Shown here: positions 53,613 through 64,000 of the stretch, piece after piece
Layout of the letters: every line of letters begins with the position of its first letter
How positions within the stretch are numbered: the first letter of the stretch is position 1
Notes under the pieces: generated by a model
Database searches by the model: none
Told to the model about the DNA's origin: nothing
What the model saw: the letters and a program-made list of their open reading frames with translations, nothing else
Position numbers and translations under genes: made by a program
Source of the DNA: Octopus vulgaris
Lineage: Eukaryota
Length of the DNA: 64,000 nt
NCBI GenBank assembly: GCA_951406725.2
Contig: OX597814.1
Location: 84,506,001-84,570,000 of the forward strand
Direction of reading: 5' to 3'

Positions 53613-53714
53613 ATTGCCCATGAGAAAGAAGTTAAAGCACAAGTCAAGTTACATTTCAAAGACATTATTCAGAAAGATGTTATTGTATCACGAGCAATGA
53701 CAGGAACACAAAAG
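53613..53714 (+). CDS. RAD50: RAD50 coding exon 3
   Basis: IAHEKEVKAQVKLHFKDIIQKDVIVSRAMTGTQK; AG/GT boundaries. Confidence 0.94.
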
Positions 53715-53930
53715 GTGTGAGTTGTTTATCATATTTAAGATAACTTCACCAATCTATCAGCTCGACATTTTTTGCACAACTAGGAAAATAGGGATGAGTT
53801 CTTCAGAAATATTAGTTTTCTTGAAGTATATATATATATATGTGTGTGTGTGTGTTATTTAGAGATAGTAGTCCTCATCATCACACCATATAAAAGAATT
53901 TTAATTTAATTACTTACTACTCATTTCTCT

Positions 53931-54270
53931 GCTACACATGTTTCTTGAGGTTCTTTTACGGTTCCTTAAGCACGCAGTGTTTTACAGGAACATTTAAAAT
54001 GTAACCCCAATCATCAGGCCTTTAAATAACTTTATCATAGTTCGATGCCAAATACTATATTTTAATTTTAACAGATAAGTATGCGTATGTGTAAATAGAT
54101 TCGCCGGGCCTTACTGTGCAAGCCATAATTTAATTCAAATAAAATTAATAATAATAAAAAATACAAAACCTAAATTCTCACATAACTTATGTCTGTAAAC
54201 ATTCATATAAAATTAATATGTAGTATTTGGTATCGAACTATGATAAAGTTATGTAGAGGACTGATGATTG
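53931..54270. repeat. Fold-back element with a hammerhead-like motif
   Basis: CCAATCATCAG...TAACTTTATCATAGTTCGAT / ATCGAACTATGATAAAGTTA...CTGATGATTGG. Confidence 0.7.
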
Positions 54271-54565
54271 GATGATATATATATATCTACATATATGTAT
54301 ATATATACATATATGTATATATACACACACATATTCATACTTGCGTACATATGCTCAAACACACACACATTATATGCATACATGTATGCATGCATGAATG
54401 AATGCAAACATACATAGTAAAATTTTATGAAAGTTGCTTCCTCACAAATTTATGACTGAATTTTGTGTCTTATTGATTCTCAAGCTAGTGATGGAATTTT
54501 TCCTCTTTTATTTGGGTTGAAGACAAGTCCCACCTAATTTCAAATGCTGTCCTTTCTTTTCACAG

Positions 54566-54667
54566 GCTAAAAAAGTTGAAACGCGAAATTTAGATGGTGT
54601 TATAACAAGAAGATCAACTGATGGAGACAAGAGCCTCACTCAGAAATGTGCTGAAATAAATAGAGAA
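54566..54667 (+). CDS. RAD50: RAD50 coding exon 4
   Basis: AKKVETRNLDGVITRRSTDGDKSLTQKCAEINRE; cacag acceptor; weak GTACAA donor in phase with the next exon. Confidence 0.9.
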
Positions 54668-56090
54668 GTACAAAATCACTCGTTATTTTTTGGAAATTTA
54701 AATCAATGTAAATTACTTGCTTTTTGAGGATAATGATAAAGATCCTTCCTGATTCATATAGACTCTAGACTCATAGGACTGGTTTCCCAGTTTCTATAGC
54801 TTATATATTCCCCACTTGGATGGGATGCTGGTCTGTTGCAGGATTACTCACTTTTACCAGCTGAGTGGACTGGAGCAACGTGAAATGAAGTGTTTTACTC
54901 AAGAGGACAGTATGTTGCTCAGTCCAGGAATTGAAACCGCAATCCTCCTTTATCCTGCTTTTTGAGGGTTTTTTAAAGTTAATTTTGTAAATATAACCCT
55001 ATTTTACCATTCTAGTAAAAATACTCAGCAAAAATTTCTGATTCAGCCTGTTTGAGACAAATAAAATAATGTAGCCTTGCTTAAGGCCTAATAACTGAAA
55101 GAAATATCTGCAAAATCTCTGTAATATTATATCCTACTACCTTGAAATAAGGAAGGACATACTGGATAATGTTTCCTGGGTGCACTATTCCTGAGAAAAA
55201 AAAATTAGATTGAATGGTCATTGTTGAAATGCTTTGGATCATAGGCTACTCAATCAATGCTGATCTTGGGCTAAGCAGGGACAACAAACATAGGTATATT
55301 GTTGAGCTATATACTCTCTTTGCTTTTTCTATTACTGTTTCAATAACTTCTATTTCTCTTAGTCAGCCAATTCTATCTTCTACTTATTTTAGTTCCTTCT
55401 GTTACTATATCCACATTTGGTATGATATAAAGATTGCTTTTTCATACTACTGCTTTCATTGCTAATATTTATTTTTCAATAATCTTATGGCTGTTTGCAA
55501 CTCAGTGACTGAAAAGCCACTATTATTCTATATGTCATTGGCAGTGAGATTTGGATGGTATGCAGGGCTGGATACCTACCATTGAGGAAGTGCAGTATGC
55601 TGAAGTCACATGATATGGCAGTTTCAACACCCATACCAGATGGTTCTCATCTGCTATGATATATACCTGTGCTTTTAGAACCATGCTAAAAGGATCTCTC
55701 TCAAGGGAAATATCGCAGTATTTAGTGCCCTAATCATACATTCATGTTTAGTAGAATATAAAGATTGCTTTTGGTATCAATACTGCTTCTGTTGTTCATA
55801 TTTATATCTTACATATCTATCTGTCCGTTTGTCCTTCCCTCTCTTCACAATTACCCCTTGACCTCACTTTTCCACATCTTTCATCTTATTTGTCTGCAGT
55901 TTTATAGCCTAGTGACATATTATTTTTCTCTCTTTCTGAAGAAGGATGCATTTGAAATGTTGAACTTATCTTCTTTATGGTATAAAGCATATTTAATTGT
56001 TTGAACTATGTATGACTTGTTAATGCAGAATATCACTAGTTGCCTTACATTTCAGCTTATCATGTTTTTGTTTAATTTCTTTCTCTTTAG

Positions 56091-56164
56091 ATGATTATTT
56101 CTTTGGGTGTCTCAAAAGCAGTATTAGAAAATGTCATTTTCTGTCACCAAGAAGAGGCTAACTG
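56091..56164 (+). CDS. RAD50: RAD50 coding exon 5 (Q-loop)
   Basis: MIISLGVSKAVLENVIFCHQEEAN(W); donor TG|GTATGT, phase 2. Confidence 0.96.
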
Positions 56165-56399
56165 GTATGTATAATTAAACACATTATCATCATTAAACTA
56201 CTACCACCTTAAAATTTATTGTTTTCTGTGCTAGTAAATTTACAGTTGCATATCTTATTATTATCTTGTGCCATTTTGCTTGCTTGGGAGTCCTAGCTTT
56301 CTAAGGATTTAATATCAATTAAATTTCTTCCCTTTCTTTGTTCATTTAGATTTTGTTTTGAAATACCTGTATTTTTCTCATTCTATTTTACCAAGGTTT

Positions 56400-57340
56400 A
56401 TTTTGTAAACAACAAAAGCTCTGATATTACACTGCTCTCAGTATATCAGAACCTTTTAGTATCAAATGGAGAGACAGCAGTGTTTTCCATAGATAAGGTT
56501 CTCTTTTGCTTTTAAGAGTATCTTATGAATTCCTCCATGCAACTAGATCATTTCATTGAGAAAGCAGATAAGCCAAAATAGAGAGGATTGTGGTTTAGAA
56601 CATTCTTGTGTTCTAATGGTGGCGTCTTGCTCACTCGTATCTGTGTAATGTATGTCAAGACTCATATAAAATCTCATAGGCAAGCAAACATTAAGTCATG
56701 AGACCTGTCCTGTTCAGTGTATGTGGTGGAAAATGAAAAAGTGCGTACATGTTTCCTGTTCTTGTAAATATGATTATTAGAGATGTTGTCTTCTTTTTTG
56801 AAGCTCAAAATTAAATGCAAAGAGTAGGATACATTGAGTATGTGCTTTTGCAACAGTAGATACAAGAGACCATTTAAGATGCCTACCATATAAATCTATA
56901 GTTTTATAGCTAAAATTGCTTCCTCTGTACAAAAGCAGGTTATATGAAGTGTAAGAAGTGTCTGGTATTGTATGGATATTAAAAGAGATTGTGTTAAAAA
57001 GGCTGGTGGTAGTAAATTGGTTGTGGTTTGGAACATTTCTTTTCCTGAACTTATTGTCATGAATCAGAACTTGCTGGTTATGTACTGACATAAACTTCCA
57101 AAGAAGCTCAATTCTTTGTTAAAAAGCTATGAAGTTAAAGACATGCATACATTATCTTTATTGATATAATCTGGGTACATTTTATTTGGCATTGAAGTTA
57201 AGATATTAGATAATTGAACACAAACAAGAACTTTCTTATTCAGAGCATGAGCTGTAAGATATATATCCCAAATAAGTTACAATGCTACTTCACATATGAG
57301 TAGTTCTCAGCAGAGTGACCATCCAATTGTAAAACATATG
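56400..57340 (-). pseudogene. Old RTE(BovB)-like RT remnant
   Basis: LLYRGS...LYGRHLK and HKDTLK remnants across several frames. Confidence 0.45.
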
Positions 57341-57487
57341 CTCTAAAAGATCATACTCAATTATTTCTTTGTATTTTCACACAACATCCTATTATGTTTA
57401 ACATGGAAAAATGAATGTAAAACAGAATTATATTTTCAAAATGCAAGTTTAGTACATCTTTTGTGCATTCTTTTTACCCTTTTATAG

Positions 57488-57593
57488 GCCTCTGAGTGAA
57501 GGAAAAGTTTTAAAGGAGAAATTTGATGCTATATTTGCTTCAACTCGCTATGTCAAAGCCTTAGAATCAATTCGTAAATATAAACAAGTACAA
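57488..57593 (+). CDS. RAD50: RAD50 coding exon 6
   Basis: (W)[35 protein letters not shown]; phase consistent with exon 5. Confidence 0.95.
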
Positions 57594-57810
57594 GTAAGAA
57601 TGATTTTTATTGTTAACTATCAGCTTTATTAATCAAAATAAACTACCTTCAAAATTCTGAAAGTCTCATTAGGACTTGTGAGGAAGACTAGTATATGACA
57701 TTAACTCTTTCGTTACTGTATTTCTAACCAAAATGCACCTCTTACATATTTCAATTAAATTCTAAAATAATCAAGAATTAAGACAAGTTTCATAAACAAT
57801 TATAATTTTG

Positions 57811-58227
57811 ACATTACTTACATTTGGCAGATATTTTGTCCTCTTCTTGTTTGTTATTAACACAACATTTTGGCTGATATACCCTCCAGCCTTCATCAGG
57901 TGTCTTGGGGAAATTTCGAACCTGGGTTCTCATTCCTAAAGTATTTTTCGATGTTATTATTATCATCATTATTATTATTCAGGTCACTGCTTGGAATCGA
58001 ACTCGGAATCTCAAATTAGTGGCCCGCGCTCTTAACCCCAAGATTCTGAGTTTGATTCCAAGCAGTGACCTGAATAATAATAATAATAATAACATCGAAA
58101 AATACCTAAGGAACGAGAACCCCAGTTCGAAATTTCCCCAAGACACCTGATGAAGGCTGGAGGGTATATCAGCCGAAACGTGTTAACAACATAATGAGGA
58201 CAAATATCCGTCAAATGTAAATAATGT
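57811..58227. mobile_element. Fold-back composite of a tRNA-derived head, (AAT)n and a hammerhead motif
   Basis: Inverted arms of about 190-200 bp; B-box GAGTTCGATTCC; CTGATGA...GAAAC core. Confidence 0.8.
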
Positions 58228-58294
58228 ACATAATTCCTCATCTCTTAAATATAGAACTGTAACTCTAATTTTTTATATTTATCAACACAATGTA

Positions 58295-58755
58295 ATTTTT
58301 GGCTCCTGTGCCAATGGCACATAAAAAGCACCAACCGTACATGGCCAATGCCAGTACTCCCACACTGGCTCCCGTGCCAGTGGAATGTAAAAAACACCAT
58401 CTAAACGTGGTCGATGCCAGGTCTGCCTGACTGGTTCCCATGCCGGTGGAACATAAAAAACACCCACTGATCATGGCTAATGCCAGTACCTGCTGACTGG
58501 CTCTTATGTCGGTGGCACATAAAAAGCACCATCCAAACAGGATCGATGCCAGGCCCATCTGACTGGCTCCTGTGCCAGTGGCATGTAAAAAGCACCCACT
58601 ACACTTTTGGAGTAGTTGATATTAGGAAGGGCATCCAGCTGTAGAAACATTGCCAGATCAGATTGGAGCCCTGTGCAGCTGCTGGCTCTCCAGATCTCAG
58701 TCAAACTGTTCAACCCATGCCAGCATGGAAAACAGACATTAAACGATGATGATGA
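58295..58755 (+). mobile_element. RTE-family 3' tail with about 60-bp internal tandem repeats (similar tails at about 61960-62190 + and 62575-62700 -)
   Basis: Repeated GCTCCYGTGCCRGTGGCAYRTAAAAAGCACC units; ends GACATTAAACGATGATGATG. Confidence 0.8.
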
Positions 58756-59109
58756 CAATAGGTATTTAAATTGTCTTCAAGCATCAGCATGGAAAATGAG
58801 TTATTAGATAATAGTTGATTGAGTATACAACAAAATTTTAATATAAAAAATTGTGCAAATTACTGGATTATCTATCAGTTGAAATTAATGGACATAATAT
58901 AGGTAAAGGTAAAACAACAAAATATTGGAATTTATTTTTGAAGGAAACTAAGAAATAAAATACCATCAATTAAATGAAATAAACTCACATATATACATAT
59001 AATGATTCACAATACAAATTAATCAAAATTTATCCTGCATCTTACAAGTAGATAAAAATTAAAAACAAGGTAAATTTTTTTAAAATATTTATAAATCTAA
59101 TTTATATCC

Positions 59110-59162
<53 letters not shown>

Positions 59163-59699
59163 CTATATATATAAAGTTATTAATGAGGGATTACCAACTG
59201 GAACAAATACGTTATAAGTTCTCTGTTACTACACCAGGCTATCAATATTGTTTAAATTAGTAAAGAACTCCGTGTATTTTTATGACAGGGACTGAAGTTA
59301 TAGTTCATTACCATTCTATATTGTAGATGCATGGTTGTGTTCCAGTTATACTGGCTTTTACCCAGATTAATATACAGGACAAGGCATTAACAACTGTCAT
59401 TACATATTTTCCTTTATAGTAGTAAATTTGACTTACAGTTGTTTTCAGTAATGATAGGTATTGTTATTGATTTGGCCCATTGATTGGTTGAGAAAAATTG
59501 AATCACCTAGAAAATTAATGCTACTTTCGTCAGTCATTTCTGAAAGAAATGGTATAGGTATGGGGAAGGGAGTGAATAGAGGCAATAAGAAGAGAGATAG
59601 AGAGGAAGAGGGAGAGAAGTGATGATTGAGAAAAGAAGAACTAAGGGGAAGAGAGGAAGGAATAAAAAGAAGAGGGGAGGCATTCGATAGAAAAAGGAA

Positions 59700-60575
59700 G
59701 AGGATGGTCAAAATTAATGCTTGTAATTGGGTCATTACACACAAAAGCATTTGCATCGTTTTCAGGTTAAATACTATCTGGATATTGTGTTGAAATTTGA
59801 TATGTAGCTAGCCAACTTAGAGGGCTTTACGTTTATTGATGTACTGAAAAGATAGGTGGTTTGCATAATGTCTTTTGAAAACACCATTGCATAACCCAGT
59901 ATAATTTTTATTTTCAGTTAGGTTGAATTTTGAAGTGTTGCTGTGACTTCTACCTCATATATGTCAGAGTTTATCATACATGCCTGGTCAATAGAGCAAG
60001 CTTCAAGTTCTTGACAGTTACAATTGAGAGTGGGCTCTTGGTGATGCTTACAAGTAATAATGTTCTTCATATTGGGGCAGCATAATTTGTGTGTCGTTAA
60101 AAATCTTCTTGTATTTATGGTTTACTGGGAAATGCTTATATAAAAGACAGGAATTTCTTGTCTACATTAGTTTTAACGTTAAAGGAAAACGGGGAATGAA
60201 CCATATTATTTTTCTAGGTCTATTTTTATGATTCATATTTTTACTTGGAGGGTTGTAATATGTGTTATCTTTGAAGCTGCTGTTAGCTAAGGTATTGTTA
60301 TAGTAGGAGGCTGCCTTATTAAATATTTCTTTAGAAGAAGAGTGATTAGATATCCTATTACTAATGTTAGCTATCAGGTTTTTAAACACTATAGTAGGGT
60401 GTATGTGGGAGAGTTTCTTGTTTGGCTTATGATATGGTTTATAAGAGCAGGAGTTTAGATCTAGGGAAACATCTAAAAAATGTGCTTTTGACAGATTAGT
60501 ATTTACAGTGATTTTGAGGCCTAATTGACTAAAGGTATTAAGAGCAATGTGAGATGAAATGTTTTGCACTTTATT
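59700..60575 (-). mobile_element. Penelope-like element fragment: RT C-terminus, Cys linker and GIY-YIG remnant
   Basis: HFLDVSLDLNSCSYKPYHKPN...SKEIFNKAASYYN...RKIIWF; downstream YTGL remnant; stops and frameshifts. Confidence 0.8.
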
Positions 60576-61350
60576 CAAGAACACAATGCAATCACCCTGT
60601 TTGGAATTATTGAACCCACAATTTCGCAATCATGAGTGCAGCACCCAAACCGCTGGGCCATATGCCCATATATACAATTAAAATTAACACTAATCATAAA
60701 GACACACTGGGCATCTAACCTGTTTAGAATAGGAGTCAAACTGATGCTTTTTGAATGAAATGCACTAAGATAGACACTTTCTAGCCATTTTCTCCAAAGA
60801 AACGCACTGAGCCAGTGATTAATCATCCAAACATTATTTTCTCTTAAATCCTATTGGCAGTGAGTTAATCCTTTCAAGTCTCTATTATTTGGTAGCAATA
60901 TCTTATGGCTAATATATATATGGACTGCACTAATTATAAATGATTAGTTAATCTACTCTGTACAACAGTTAAGAACAGCTACTGCCTGACTATTTTAATT
61001 GTAAACATGTGAGCCTTTGACAGTCCATCACTGATAATTGCAAAGAATAATCTGTACTATATACAATGCATTGTAAAGAGAGTTGCTAACAGGAAAGACA
61101 TCTGGTTATAAAACACTGTTTTAAAAAGAGAACCATGACGAGTATGATTAGAAAACATCCATTAGTGCCTGTTAGGCTGCTTTAAAAGGTAAAAATAGCC
61201 TGAAAACATTTGCTATTGCATTGAGTCAAGAATAAGAGATGATGATCTGTATTGCTGTTTCAATTATGTTGCTGCTGATCACATTTTGAACCCCTGCTTT
61301 TGCTGATTTATAAAATAAATTGTGATAAATCTCGTGTTTAATTCTCTCAG

Positions 61351-61419
61351 GATGGTTCCATAAAAGAAAAGAAAACGGATCTAAAGTATCTGAAAGAACA
61401 CAAAGAAAAAGTCACACAA
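61351..61419 (+). CDS. RAD50: RAD50 coding exon 7 (start of coiled coil)
   Basis: DGSIKEKKTDLKYLKEHKEKVTQ; ctctcag| acceptor and |GTAAGT donor. Confidence 0.9.
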
Positions 61420-62923
61420 GTAAGTTTAAAACTTCCTCTTTGTTTATTATTATTATGCTTTTAGTAGGTGTTGTATCTTTTGCTTAAAGGAATATATTTC
61501 ATTTCTTCATTCAAAGTTGATCATTTGCTTGTTGGAGTTTCTTGTTATGTGAAATTTTTCAGGTGATAAAAGGAATAATCTTTTTGTTATCAGAATGATT
61601 GTACATAGTGAGAAATACTGTAAATCATCAGCTTTGAACAATTAAATAAACTTCAATGTATATATGAGTACTCTTGTTTGTACATCTAAATGTGTTTGTT
61701 TATTTGTGTGTATATTGTGTGTTTTTGCATGTCCATTGATGGTAAGTAGTGGCAAAAATGTATCAAAAGTGGTTTTATAGTGTAAATTATTTAATTTAGT
61801 TAGCTGAAACAATATGACTGAAATGTCGAGTGTCTACAAACAAAGCTGTATCTTATTTTGAATCAAAATAGCTAACTGAAGAAAAAAATGTAGCAGTATT
61901 TGTTGAAAAGTTTCAGCCAGTTTGGTTTTGGCTGACTGAAATAAATTACATTCATTCCTCTCCCTGTTTTCTATCTTGCAAGTTACTTGGCAACTTTACT
62001 AATGCTGGTTGGCACAAAAAAAAGCACCCAGTACACTGTGGAGTGGTTGATATTAAGAAGGACATCCTGTTGTAGAAACCATGCCGAAGCTGACATTGGA
62101 GCCTAAAGTGGCCTCACAACTCACTGGATTCTGTCAAACTGTCCACCCATGCAAGCATGGAAAGTGAATGCTAAATTGTGATGATGATTATACTTATATT
62201 TGATTTAATCAACTTTTAGCAACTTCTGTATTTGCAAATATTTTTGTTGTTCCTTGTACAAGTTTCAGCATTATCATCATTACCATCACTGCTGCTATTT
62301 ATATTGTTTGTACATCTGCTTTTCCATGCTGGCATGGGTTGTATTCTTTGTTATATTTGGAATAACATCTCATAGGTGTGTGTGACCTTTTGTTTGTATC
62401 AGTATTTATGTTTATGAAAAACTGATATTGTGTCAAAATTGATTTGGCAAAAATAGTTTGATATGCACCAAACTAAAATAAGTAGTTTATGATCAGCTAA
62501 ATTCAAAAGGTGGATTCATCTTATGGCCTCAGGTCAGTAACTGAAAATGTTAAAATTTCTGAATACAAGGGTATCATCATTATCAACATTTAACGTCTTG
62601 TTTTCTATGTTGGCATGGGTTGGACAGCTTGAAAGGAACTAGCAAGACCAGGGGCTGCTCCTGGTTTCATACTCTGTTTTGGTTTGGTTTCTACAGCTTT
62701 ACTAGTCCTACCTGGGTCCCCAATCTTCCCACAACAACCACAATAAGGTACAAAGTATAGCAAACAGTGCACTAAGTGTAATATGTTGTACACAAGTGGA
62801 GTTCTGTATGCAATAGGGATGATGGTAGTTTCCAAAAGCTAAAGAATTGCCTGAAAATATTCTTATGTTTAGTTAAATTTATTAATTGATTACCTTTTTA
62901 TGTTTTTATCTTTTTGTTTTTAG

Positions 62924-63013
62924 TTAGAAAATAACAAATCAGAACTGGAAAGTAAGTATGCAGCTTCCAAGGATTCGGTGAAGAAAATGATGGAAGAGCT
63001 AGAACCAATTAAA
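62924..63013 (+). CDS. RAD50: RAD50 coding exon 8 (coiled coil); gene continues beyond the window end
   Basis: LENNKSELESKYAASKDSVKKMMEELEPIK; long polypyrimidine acceptor and |GTAAGT donor. Confidence 0.85.
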
Positions 63014-63258
63014 GTAAGTGTTTTATTTATTTATTTATTTATTTTAATTATTTTACATTTTCTGATTAGAAGTTTCAGGCGAAGAAATTTGTTTTGCAAT
63101 TAAGTGGTTTTTCAGTTCAATCCTATTGTATGATATTTTAAGCAAGTGCCTTTACCATTTCTTGGGATTGACTCAAGCCATGTGAGTAAATTTTGGTTGA
63201 TAGAAACTGTAGAGAAGCGCATTGGATGGATCATATCTGATTTTGGTGATATACTTAG

Positions 63259-63479
63259 CCCTTTAGCATTCAGCTTACTCCGTCAAATTTAATGCTTATT
63301 TATTCACTTTGTTTTGAATTAATCATTTATTATCTTGTAGCTTTGAGATTTTGATAGCGCAATTGTATATTTTTAGAATGACATTGTAGAGTAGTTGTTA
63401 TAGGTTGGATCTGGTCAGTTTGAACATAAAACATGGTAGAATATTTGGGCCAGATATGGCCAGTTTTAATGCTAAAGGG
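63259..63479. mobile_element. piggyBac-type MITE (partial relative near 50000-50110)
   Basis: TIR CCCTTTAGCATT / AATGCTAAAGGG with TTAG and TTAA flanks. Confidence 0.7.
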
Positions 63480-64000
63480 TTAAACCATTGTCTGATTTAA
63501 CTCCTGTACCATGCCCTTGGATACCTATAACTATGTTCACTCTCTGCAAGCATTAGGACCAGGTTTTTAGTCTAAGAACGACCCATGAGGTGGGCTTTCT
63601 TTCTCTCTTTTTACTGTTTTGGATGATCTTCAAAAAAAGTTTTTGACTCTGTCCTTCCTTCTTAAACTACCATAGTTTCTCAAGCACAAAGTCATCTTAA
63701 GTATAATACAATCTTCAGTTTTTGAACTTAAAAACCTGCAATATATTTTATCCTATTACCTTTTTTATGCGAGTATAACTTATCACCCTTTAATTTTGAC
63801 CCTGATATTTTGTGTTGAATTTTTCACATTGTAACATGTAAATATAATAAACCATAAAAATATATCCATGTATTTTTGAACTTTTGACAATGGAAGTTAA
63901 TGGTCATATGCATTTGCCTCGTTGAATTCCAGCTGTAGGATTCACTATGTATGACAGTGGAACCTTGGTTTGTGAACACCTCTCATCATAAACAAATCAG

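Noticed and set aside
57980-58070. tRNA-like sequence as a third tRNA gene
   Set aside because: Lacks the 5' acceptor and D-arm and has no complete cloverleaf; treated as a SINE-type head.

Overview
AT-rich, microsatellite- and repeat-rich metazoan genomic DNA. The SINE, RTE-LINE and Helitron repertoire resembles a coleoid cephalopod such as Octopus; this is an inference from memory. Two spliced genes are transcribed divergently. On the minus strand is the 5' part of DGCR8/pasha: an acidic N-terminal coding exon (1637-2195) and a WW-domain exon (948-1090), with several putative non-coding 5' exons extending to a CpG-rich promoter near 22.8 kb. On the plus strand are the first eight coding exons of RAD50 (48952-63013). 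An intron-containing tRNA-Leu(CAA) at 24665 and a tRNA-Gln(CTG) at 44786 flank about 20 kb of transposon debris: RTE and other LINEs, SINEs, Helitrons, a solo LTR, and hAT, mariner and piggyBac MITEs. Top findings: (1) the putative DGCR8 5'UTR exons carry multiple pri-miRNA-like hairpins, suggesting an expanded Microprocessor auto-regulatory array or a host for new miRNAs; (2) three intronic fold-back elements carry Penelope-type hammerhead ribozyme motifs, one fused to a tRNA-derived Pol III head. All structures were paired by eye; no folding software or database search was run.
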